DNA from: Candidatus Hadarchaeota archaeon
GTDB taxonomy: Archaea; CAYQAE01; CAYVLA01
Assembly: GCA_964621445.1 (NCBI GenBank)
Contig: CAZUNO010000007.1
Location: forward strand, 32,001 to 96,000
Reading direction: 5' to 3'
DNA length: 64,000 nt
In this document: positions 30,785 to 40,900 of the stretch, in pieces
How positions within the stretch are numbered: position 1 is the stretch's first letter
Layout: every line of letters begins with the position of its first letter
Translations under genes and position numbers: made by a program
Notes under the pieces: model-generated
Told to the model about the DNA's origin: nothing
What the model saw: only the letters and a program-made list of their open reading frames with translations
The model's database searches: none

Positions 30785-31848
30785 GATTTTTCAGCGAATT
30801 CCACAGCCTTGTCTATTGCCTCCTCAGCCTTCTCTATCTTGCTCTCGTCAAGGACCTTTCTACCGCGGTTATATGGCTTAATATCCACCCCTTTCCTGGC
30901 TAGATACATCTTCTTGGAGTTCATAGCCTTTCGAGAATAGGAGCCAGTGGCTTGGAATCGGACATTGAGGAGTTCTATGGCCTTGAATTGAGCCTTGAGG
31001 GACCTCATCATATCCCCCACCATAAAGGCGTCAAATATCTCCTTTAGGACCTCCGGGTGGGTATTGCATCCTCCACCTATGCAACCACCAGCCCCCAGAA
31101 TTAGGGAGGGCAGGAAAGCCCCTTCATGCCCGGATACCATGGTGAAGTCCCGTCCCAGAGTAGCGTTACACAAGGCACCGAAATACTTCATATCCGAGGT
31201 GGAGTACTTCATTCCCTTTAGATTCTCGAGACCTGCAAGCCTGTTTAGGAGTGAGGGTGTCATTGAATGAGGAGGCTTAACTCCTGGCGGCTGATATATG
31301 ACGATTGGGATGTCTATTGCTCGATCGACCTGCTTGTAGAGGTCGTAGATTTTTTCGGCCATGTTTCTGGCGGGACTCAGCCCCAGTGGCAGCACCACAA
31401 CGCCATCCACTCCCTGCTTTTCCGCGTACTTGCTGAACTCCAGGGTCTCCTCTATGTACTTGCCGTCGTCGGGACGTTTATCCCTCTCCCCGCTGGGGAA
31501 GGTGCCCGAGGTCCCCGAGATGACGTACATGTCCCCTCTGGACTGTTCCACAACCAGGTCGATCATGGTCTGGACCTCTTCATAGCTATAGGTGAACATC
31601 TGGCCGGTCCCGGACCTAACGAAGATGGTGTTTACCGCGCCGGTGTCCCTGTACCAATCCACCAGCGAGCGGTTCCCTCCAAGGTCTAGGGACAGATCCT
31701 CGTTCAACGCGGTTAGCATAGGCGTTATTACCCCGGTCAGGAATTCCGGCATTTCCTTCTCGGTTATGGGATGTGTGAGGTACTCCATGTTCTCGACTCC
31801 GAATCCGGTGTAAATAAATGTCGGCCACACCTGGAGGTTTTTTGGCAC
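30781..31848 (-). CDS. DapA/N-acetylneuraminate lyase family class I aldolase
   Basis: GVITPMLT, SGTGQ, IVIYQ, Schiff-base KYS, GCIGG. Confidence 0.85.
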   Translation of the reverse strand: MPKNLQVWPTFIYTGFGVENMEYLTHPITEKEMPEFLTGVITPMLTALNEDLSLDLGGNRSLVDWYRDTGAVNTIFVRSGTGQMFTYSYEEVQTMIDLVVEQSRGDMYVISGTSGTFPSGERDKRPDDGKYIEETLEFSKYAEKQGVDGVVVLPLGLSPARNMAEKIYDLYKQVDRAIDIPIVIYQPPGVKPPHSMTPSLLNRLAGLENLKGMKYSTSDMKYFGALCNATLGRDFTMVSGHEGAFLPSLILGAGGCIGGGCNTHPEVLKEIFDAFMVGDMMRSLKAQFKAIELLNVRFQATGSYSRKAMNSKKMYLARKGVDIKPYNRGRKVLDESKIEKAEEAIDKAVEFAEKS

Positions 31849-31881
31849 TCAACGGATCGCATTTAAAACGATCGTGTCGCG

Positions 31882-32979
31882 GTGAACACAGGAGAAGTTC
31901 CAATGAAGATGCGGGAAAGAGTAATGGAAGCCCTTACCTGGGGTGACCCCGATTATGTTCCCTGGATACCCAAGAGGAACCACACGCCGCGCGATTCCAA
32001 ATCAATTGATCGATTATTGGAAATTGGAATGGGCCGGTCCTACCCCGTTTCGGTTACCAAAGTTTCACGTCCAAACGTAGAGACCGAGACCAAGATCAAT
32101 GGAGACTACAAGAAGACGATCTATAGGACCCCGGTGGGGGAGATATTCGAAAAAAGGAGAATAAACCTGCCCACCGATGAGGGAGAAAGGGGCGATTCCT
32201 GGATAGTAGATCCGGTGATCAAAGGACCCGATGACTACAAGGTGCTGGAGTTCATGACCGAGGACGAGGTTGTGGAGCCAAGCTACGAAGGTTTGGAGGA
32301 GAAAAAGGAGGAAGTCTCCGATCATGGCGTGCTTCAGACGGGAACGGGATACACGCCCTTCATGCAGCTAGTGGTAAGATACATGGGCTTCAAGAGGGTA
32401 GTGATCGAGCTTAGGCGACGCAGAGAGATGGTTGAGGGCCTGATGGAGCTCATGGGGGAGGTTATGAGGAAGCGGGTTGAGGTCGTGGCCGACTCACCGG
32501 TGAGAATTGTAAAAATAGGCGACAATATAGACGGCCTGATGATCAATCCCAGGCTTTATGAGAGCTACTGCATTCCTTACCATCAGGAGTTCTCCGACAT
32601 GCTTCATGGAGGCGGCAAGATAGCCATGTCCCATATGGATGGTAGGCTGAAAATCATAAAGGATTTGATTCCAGAAACCGGGCTGGATGTCGTACAGGCC
32701 TTCACCCCTCCTCCAATGGGAGACCTAAGCATCGCGGAGGCCCGCCAGAGCTGGGGTCAGGACCTGGCGATTTGGGCGAATATTCCCGAGGTTATCTTCT
32801 ACAAAAAGGATCCAGATATAGAGGAATACATTCACGGGCTCTTGAAGGAGGCCGCTCCCGGCAGGGGTCTGGTATTCGGAATTACGGAGACCGTGCCCCC
32901 TAAGGAGAGGGACAGGGGGCTAGAAGCGATAACCAGGGCCGTAATGAAGTATGGAAAGTTACCCGTTCAGGGAGGATGA
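31882..32979 (+). CDS. URO-D/MtaA-like family protein
   Basis: MRERVMEAL..PDYVPW, YRTPVG, GDNIDG, SHMDG, FTPPPMGD. Confidence 0.85.
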   Translation: MNTGEVPMKMRERVMEALTWGDPDYVPWIPKRNHTPRDSKSIDRLLEIGMGRSYPVSVTKVSRPNVETETKINGDYKKTIYRTPVGEIFEKRRINLPTDEGERGDSWIVDPVIKGPDDYKVLEFMTEDEVVEPSYEGLEEKKEEVSDHGVLQTGTGYTPFMQLVVRYMGFKRVVIELRRRREMVEGLMELMGEVMRKRVEVVADSPVRIVKIGDNIDGLMINPRLYESYCIPYHQEFSDMLHGGGKIAMSHMDGRLKIIKDLIPETGLDVVQAFTPPPMGDLSIAEARQSWGQDLAIWANIPEVIFYKKDPDIEEYIHGLLKEAAPGRGLVFGITETVPPKERDRGLEAITRAVMKYGKLPVQGG

Positions 32980-32983
32980 TGTT

Positions 32984-33469
32984 TTGGTTTCTGTGAGAAT
33001 AAATCTTGGAGGAGGGCGCTATTTCTCTGCGGCGAAGGATATCTGGGAGGCCGATCGAGCCTATATCGGGGGGCTTTGGGGTTGCCTGGACATGGCCACC
33101 ACGGACGTACTAACCACCTCCGATGATATTGGGGGAACCGATGATATGGCACTCTACCAGACGATCCGGGTCGGTGAGGAGTTTAGATATAGATTCGATA
33201 TGGACCCCGGTAGTTACAGAGTGGGGATCCTGTTTGCCGAGATATTCTGGGAATCCAGCGATGCTGAGGCTGAAGATGTCTACATAAATGGCCAGAAATT
33301 CATCGAGAATTACAATATTTACGATGAGGCCGGGCACGATGTGGCGGTTAAGAAGGAGTTTGAGGTAAGTAGCGATGATGGAGTGCTTGAGGTAAGGTTC
33401 GTTGGAAAGTCCATTCCCATGCACTCGGGTGCCAGAGCGTGTGGGATCGAGGTAGTATCCTTAGATTAG
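32984..33469 (+). CDS. Stand-alone malectin-domain protein
   Basis: RINLGG, LYQTIR, FAEIFW, DVYING, ACGIEV. TTG start at 32984 follows GGAGG. Confidence 0.85.
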   Translation: MVSVRINLGGGRYFSAAKDIWEADRAYIGGLWGCLDMATTDVLTTSDDIGGTDDMALYQTIRVGEEFRYRFDMDPGSYRVGILFAEIFWESSDAEAEDVYINGQKFIENYNIYDEAGHDVAVKKEFEVSSDDGVLEVRFVGKSIPMHSGARACGIEVVSLD

Positions 33470-34698
33470 GTGGTGTGCAGTTGAAGGGACCTTTCAACGT
33501 GATAATGATATCTTTTGACACCATGAGACGTGATCACCTCGGGTGCTACGGCTATGAAAAGCCTCTGGCCCCATATCTGGATAGGCTGGCAGACGAAGGG
33601 GTTGTTTTTGAGGATTGTATCGCTAACTGTGGATGGACCCTTCCCCAACATGTAACCATGGTGACCGGGCTTCACCCCATAAGACACGGGGTCATATATC
33701 TGAAGGAAATGAGACAAATTCCCCAGAATATAGGCCTGTTGGCCGAGGTATTCCGGAAAGCTGGTTATGTTACCCTCGGTTTCTGCAACCAGAACCATTA
33801 CGGTGGAGACTGGTCATATGGCTTTCATAGAGGTATGAACTCATTCACAAATGCATTTCCGTACAATAACATGATGGAGAACCTCTACGAACACGTAAAT
33901 GCCTATTTTGAAATGTTGAAGGACAAGCCCTTCTTTATTTACATTCACACCAACGATACCCACGAGCACTTCGCTGCCAGCGAGCCCTTCGGGTCCAAAT
34001 GGGGAACGGAGTATCATAACCGATATGAGGGAGAGATCTCCTATGTAGACCATTATTTCGGGAAGATCCTCGAAAAACTGGACGAAGAGGGGCTATCGGA
34101 AACCACCTTGGTCGTGGCCACATCCGATCACGGGTCGGAGTTCAAGGAACACGGGTTCATGGAGAAGAAACTGAATCTATACGACGAGATAGTGAGGGTA
34201 CCACTGCTAATGAGATTGCCTGGAGTACTTCCCGAGGGGGAGCGGGTTGGAGGACAGGTTGAAACCATGGATATAGCTCCCACCATTATGAAACTCTGCT
34301 CCCTGGAGCAGTCCTCGGGACTCGATGGGAGGCAGCTGGTTGAGCAGATTAATGATGACGACAGCGGACGCGAATACGTTTTCTCCCACACTCTCCACGA
34401 GACGATGTACTGGTATGAGCACTGGTCGGTAAGGACACCCGAGTTTAAGATGATCCGAACATGTAGATTGCCGAAGCCCGATGAAGAGGAGAATCTAATT
34501 GAGGATCGTTTCCAACGGCTAGAGAAAATATCCCACGGGGAAGGTAAATCAATGATAGAGCTCTATGATCTGGCCAGTGACCCAGAGGAGAGCGAGAATA
34601 TAGCTAAAGAGCAGGGGGACTTGGTGGAGGATCTGAACTCTAGGCTAAAAGAATGGATAAAAACCTGTGGGTATGATCCAGCCGGGGGTTTACCCTAA
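33439..34698 (+). CDS. Sulfatase/alkaline-phosphatase superfamily hydrolase
   Basis: DTMRRDHLG, WTLPQH..TG, SDHG, RVPL, ELYDL..DPEE..N. True start probably near 33475-33481. Confidence 0.88.
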   Translation: MWDRGSILRLGGVQLKGPFNVIMISFDTMRRDHLGCYGYEKPLAPYLDRLADEGVVFEDCIANCGWTLPQHVTMVTGLHPIRHGVIYLKEMRQIPQNIGLLAEVFRKAGYVTLGFCNQNHYGGDWSYGFHRGMNSFTNAFPYNNMMENLYEHVNAYFEMLKDKPFFIYIHTNDTHEHFAASEPFGSKWGTEYHNRYEGEISYVDHYFGKILEKLDEEGLSETTLVVATSDHGSEFKEHGFMEKKLNLYDEIVRVPLLMRLPGVLPEGERVGGQVETMDIAPTIMKLCSLEQSSGLDGRQLVEQINDDDSGREYVFSHTLHETMYWYEHWSVRTPEFKMIRTCRLPKPDEEENLIEDRFQRLEKISHGEGKSMIELYDLASDPEESENIAKEQGDLVEDLNSRLKEWIKTCGYDPAGGLP

Positions 34699-34900
34699 TC
34701 CACCTCGGAACCACTCTATTATGATTTATTCACCCTTTTTCCTCTAGGATAGGGAAGTCATTTTGAGTTAAAGGAGTAACCGATCTTCATTGGAAGGAGT
34801 GTATTCCAAGGAGAGACGCGCACGGGAAAAGATCCATTCCCCACTCTGAATTGGAGTTCTGTAAAAATTGACGAGGTATCGATGGGCGGAGGCCCTTTAC

Positions 34901-37900
34901 ATGCGCATGAATCCCGCTTTCGTGCTGCTCATGGTATTCGTAGCGTCCTCTCCGATGGTAATGGGTAATGACTTACATCCCGGTGATATAGGTCATGTTA
35001 AGCTTCTCCAATGGGCACAACCCCCACTTACCAATTCACCAATGGAAACCGGCATTTCCTTTTCCGTTAACGAGTTCGGAGAATATTACTCCAGCGGAGG
35101 AGGCTCAACCGTAATTGTTTTTGTCAACTCCTCATTATTGCCTGCTCTGGAAGAGGAGTTGCGGGTTTACGCCCTGACTCTTACCGCTTTGGGATACGAT
35201 TCCGTCCTGCTCAACGTTTCCGGCGGGCAAGCTGAGGATATCAAACAAATCGCTATTGACTATTCAGCCGAAGGATATGATCTCGCCGGGCTGGTTTTGG
35301 TCGGGGACCTTCCTGCTGCCTGGTTTTACCACCCATTTGATATCGGCGGCATGCCGGCCCAGTTTCCCTGCGACCTCTTTCTCATGGATTTGGATGGGCT
35401 TTGGCAGGATACGGATGATGATGGTCTCTATGATAGCCACGGCCCTGGTAATGGAGACGTGGCCCCCGAGGTATTCGTGGGTAGAATAGATGCCTCGAAA
35501 GTCCCCGGCGACCAGGAGGCACTGTTGGCGGACTACTTGGAAAAGGTTCACAGATACTGGGTGGGGGAGATAGACTCCACCGGCAAGGGGCTCACCTATA
35601 CCGATGAGAGGTGGAAGGACAGCAACGACATCAAATTCAGCCTTGGTTACGCCTATGACAATTATGAAGCGTTTTGGTACCCATCAGTGAACAGGGATGA
35701 TTACGTCAATGATCGTCTTCCTGATGATTCATACGATTTTATCCAGCTTGCATGTCACTCATCATCCGTTGACCACTCCTTTTCCATTGGGGGTAGCGTC
35801 ACAAATAGCGATGTTCGTTCAGCTCCACCCAGGGCCATATTCTACAATTTATTTGCCTGTGGGGCTCTACGGTTCACCGACTACAACTGCATTGGCAACT
35901 CCTACATAATGGGCACAGATACCGATTCGCTTGCCGTCCTGGGAAGCACCAAGAGCGGGTCCATGCTTAATATGGAGGATTTCTACACACAAATCGGGGC
36001 CGGAAAGTCCTTTGGTGCAGCGCTGAAGAAATGGTTTGAGAATCAAGCTCCATTTGACGAGATGGAGGTTACCTGGTTCTATGGTATGACAATACTGGGA
36101 GATCCGACGCTCACACCAATAGAACCACCTAATCTGGCTCCCGTTATCATCTCAGAGCCAGGAGAGATTGCTGCCAGGAATTTCATGTACAGATATGATG
36201 TAAACGTCTCTAACATCGATGATGACCCGCTCAATTTCAGTCTCCTGATCTCTCCTCCTGGCATGACCATCAACCCCGACACGGGTCTAATATCCTGGAC
36301 GCCAAATGGAACCCATCTGGACAGCTACCAGGTCGAGCTTTGTGTGATGGATGACCGGGGTGGCCTTGATGTCCAGAGATTCAATCTTAGCGTGGTTTCA
36401 CCCCCGGAGGACTATCAGATGCAGGAGTATGCCTGGGTCAAGGAGGAAGATCAGCCCGTTGAGACCTGGGGTCAGTACAACAACACGGGCTGTGGAGTTC
36501 TTAATCTGACCTACCGGCTGGAGAAGGTGAGCTTGGCCTACGTGGTGAGAAGTGACTCCTCGAACATAACGGCGACTTTTCTCACCTATCATAATTCAAG
36601 CCACTCCGGTCAGGGTACGGGATTTAATCAGAGCGGCCATCTATTTCCAGAGGCCCATCCCAACTGGTCCACAACCCTATGCCCGTCAGGCACAAGAACC
36701 ATTGGGGACCACACCTACCAAATTTTCATCACCGATTTCGACCCCGAAGGCGCCCCCGGTATTTGGCAGATTCGAATTAACGAGACCGGTCCCGGCCACG
36801 GGTCTTCCTGGGATGACCCGGCAGGTAACCCAAACGTACAGTGGATGTTCTTCCGGGTTCCCATTTTGACCGGAGCCTTGCGGGAGGTAAGGGATGAATA
36901 TGGCAGGGTCGATCCATTTCACATCGACGGGGAATTACCCTCCACCCGGCTCAATGCAACCATGGTTCTCGATCCACCGGGAAATACGACGGGAACCAAC
37001 CTGGCAGTTGTGAAATGGATCGACCCCGGTGGTAATACCATAATGAATAGGTCCCGCCCAATCAGCTACCGGAGAGATTCTGGATGGATAACACGGGATA
37101 TCGTGGATTTGAATGCGTCGAGCTTTCCGCCAAATGCCACGAATCCCTATACGGTTGAGATCCGGATGGGATCCTACCTGGGGGTCCAATATTTCCATGT
37201 GTTCTCTTTTTACCAGGAGGTTTGGATCAATACTACCATCGATGTCCAGACTGCTGAGGGTCAGTGGTTCGATCCAAGCGGTTTTGAGGTTAATTTCACA
37301 GCCATTATGGATACCAGCATTGCAGAGAATCCATACCAGAACCTGAATAACCTGTCAATACAGATGTGGAGAGGAGGCAAGTTCCTGAGAACCCTGGCAA
37401 ATGTAAGCTGGAACATAACCGGCTACGAACCCCTCCCGAACGGTGCCCAGCGGTATTCATGGACGGGGAGCATACCTTCCCAGATCATAGATAATGAAGC
37501 AGGATTCTTGCCCGAATATTTTGGCACATTTCACGTGAGAACCGTTTCCCGTTCAGGACTCTTCCCGGGTGCGGAGGAATGTCAGACCTTCTACATAGAT
37601 GACCCCGTAGAGGGATATACCTCCCTGCATCAGGCTTCCTCAATTCCCCGTGATGTATTTGAGAGGAATCCCGGGAAGATCTGGGCGAATTTCGAATTCG
37701 ACCCCATATTCCTCAGGAGACGACAGAACCCCAATGACCAGTATCAGAATAGCCAGGTGAATATAACCTGGTTCTACCCGAATGGTACGGCTATCGAACC
37801 ACCGGGATTGAATCAGACCTCCATGACTATGGACGGTTCCTGGCCATCCGGTCAGATGTGGTCATGCGGCTCCCTGAACATGGACCGTCACTTGCCCCTC

Positions 37901-40900
37901 GGAAGATACAGGGCAGTGGCCGAGGCATTTACCGATACTGGATACGGGGTGGAGGAAATTGTAAGCTTCCAGATCGTGGAGTCATCATCCGAACTGGATG
38001 CCGAGTGGTCCTTCAATACCAGTGATATATTCGAAAACAGGACATTTGGCTCCGGACATCAAGGTTGCCAGACGATTTGGGATATCGACGGCGACGGAGC
38101 GAATGAGGTGGTATTTGGTACCCAGAGGGGGGACAGCGAGAGGATGTGGTGCGTGGACCAGTTCGGCAACTTTGAGTGGATCTACCCGCCTTTAGCCGAA
38201 AACGGCCTTCCGGGTTCCACGAGCAAGGTCTCTCTGGTGGATGTAGAGGGCGATTTGATGCCCGAGCTGTGTTTTGTGGATGGAGGGACCAGCCTCCATG
38301 TGCTGAGTGGTCACGGTACATCGATCTGGACTTGGGATAATCCCCGGGGAGCGTACCTGAGTGGTGCTCCCCAGGCATACGATGTGGACGGAGACGGTTT
38401 AGTGGAGTTTTTCATGAACGATGATCATGGTTACATCCACCGCGTCAGCCATGAGGGGGTACTGGTATGGACTTCCTTCCAGTGCGGAGGTCCCAATGGG
38501 TTTCATCCAACCATTGCTGATATCGATTCGGATGATGAAATGGAGATAATTTGGATTAGTCACGATCATAATCTTTACGTGGCAGAGTCAGGTAACGGCA
38601 CCGAGGAATGGAGATTTAATGCCGGCTCCACTCCACATTCGAGCCCGGTGGTGGCGGATGTCGATGGCGATGATGAGTACGAAGCCGTGGTATGCACCGG
38701 TCCACCATCAGCCTCAGTTATTATCGTGAATTCCAATGGAACGGAGGCCTCGAGGTGGACCGAACCCGGGGGAAAAGATATTGGAATGGCCCAGCCAATA
38801 GGCGATTTAGATTACGATGGTCACCTGGACATGGCGCTGATGTCGGGGTCTAACATCTACGTGATAGACCTGGTCACCATGAACACCAAGTGGGAGAAGA
38901 ACGTCACCCAGTGGACCCAGGATAAAATCATCCCCAAAGGAGCGATGGAGGGCCAGGAAACCGATTACCTGCTTATCGTGGATTTCGATGGGGACGGCAA
39001 CCTGGAGATATTGATGTTAGTGCCCTTCCCCTTGGTGGTAGACGCCATCAGTGGAAATCTGGAGGCGTACTACTGGAATGAACACCTGGCCCTCAACTGT
39101 ACCCAGGAGAACGGTGGCTGGTGGGGCGACGTTGACCAGGACGGCGAGTCGGAGTGGGTGGTGGAATTAAAGGGAAAGACCCTTTCTGAGACCCAGTTGT
39201 ACTGCCTGACTGCGGGCGGGCAGTATCCTACAAAATCATCTTGGCCTGAGCGCGATCATTCTGCTCTGAGTGCGGTAAAACAGAGGGAAATGGCACTCTC
39301 CCTAGTCAGCGCGTACTCAAATTCCTTGTGGTTCCCGATTACCCAAAGGTTGTCCTGCTTACCTCTTTCTCCCATAGATGGGGCTACCGGAGCGGTAAAC
39401 CCGGTCAAGATGGTGGCAAGAACTGGACCTCCCCACGAAAACGTGACGTTGGAATTCATGGTGGATGGGGTTTTGAGGGATCAAGCAGTCACAAATGCAA
39501 CGGGCCACGCGACAGTGGCGATAAATGCCTCCCTAGGCCTCCACGAGTGGACCGTAATATCCCGCAAACCTGGTTGGGAACCCGGTATTTCCTCCATCTG
39601 GAACTTCTCTATCGCCGCTCCGGAGCTAACAACCGAGAGGGAGAGGAAATATGGCCTGGAAACCGGGCTTGGCGAATTGACCTACGGTCACCAGCGGGTA
39701 TGCGATATTGACCAGGACGATGGATTAGAGGTCGTAATTCCAGTTAATGGGAACTTTGGGCGGATATTATGCGTTGAGGGTGATTCCGGTAATATAAGAT
39801 GGATCTATCCCCCATTGGGACAAGACGGAATACCGGGCAATATTAGCGGTGTTCCCTGCATAGGTGATATGGATGGTGATGGCAAAGACGAGATCATTTT
39901 CACCGCCGTTAACAACTCCGGAGGTAACCTGTATAGTATTAATGCCGGGAACGGCTCTCTCAGATGGGTAGGTCCTGGCAGCGCCCAGGGGACCCCCTGT
40001 CTCCATGATTTCACCGGTAACGGGAAGGCAGATGTTGTTTGTGCCGGTCAGCTTTCGATGAACGTTTTTGACCAAGCCGGCCAGCGTATTTGGTCATTTG
40101 ATACAAAAAACAAGCCGTTGGGAGTGCCAAATGCCTTCGATATTGATGAGGACGGAATTATTGAGATATTATGGGGCGATGATCAGGGAAACCTGATATG
40201 TGCGGGCTCGGATGGCAATGAAAGATGGAGATTCCCATTCGGTAGCTGTATGGTCCACCAGCCAATCGTGGCTGACTTTAATCAGGACGGCGAATACCAG
40301 GTCCTGGTTCACAGCAATGATAGATATCTCTATTTACTGAGTGCTCACGGGTCCGAGATCTGGAGGTCCACTCTCGGTGAACACCTGTGGGGGGTTATAA
40401 ACGGGACGGGAATTCACGGAGGGGGCATAGCGACCGGTGACATAGACCTGGATGGATATCTGGAAATCGTTACCGTGGATCTGGCCGGAAATGTGTACGC
40501 CATTAATCATGATGGTAGCCTTCTATGGAGGAGCAGAGTGTCAGGTATTACCGGGGGAAGCATTCTAATTGGGGATATGACCGGGGATGGGAGGCCGGAC
40601 ATCATCTTGGGATGGGGATGTAACTGCGACGGTCTCCAGTCCGGGTCCGGCGCCGTGTTATCGGGATACAGCGGGGAGATTCAGTATTTCTATCCTCGAG
40701 GATTAGGCGGTTTTGAGCCTTCAGCGGGGGACCTGGATGGGGACGGGGAGGTCGAGATTGCTGGGTCCGGGAGAGATGGCCCTTTTGCCACCCTAACCGC
40801 CAGTGCCCCGTACAAGGGCGGGCATTGGCCATGGCCCTTTAAGTACAGGACCTTGGGTAACAATGGCATAATTGAAAAGAAGGAGCCTTTATGGGAGCTG

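Noticed and set aside
30781-31848. True dapA completing the dapL/dapF lysine pathway
   Set aside because: SGTGQ replaces GTTGE, and the gene sits among catabolic genes far from dapLF, so another aldolase is more likely.
34790-34809. TTGGAA-N8-TTCCAA inverted repeat upstream of the C25 protease gene
   Set aside because: Single occurrence with the wrong spacing for NrpR; could be chance.
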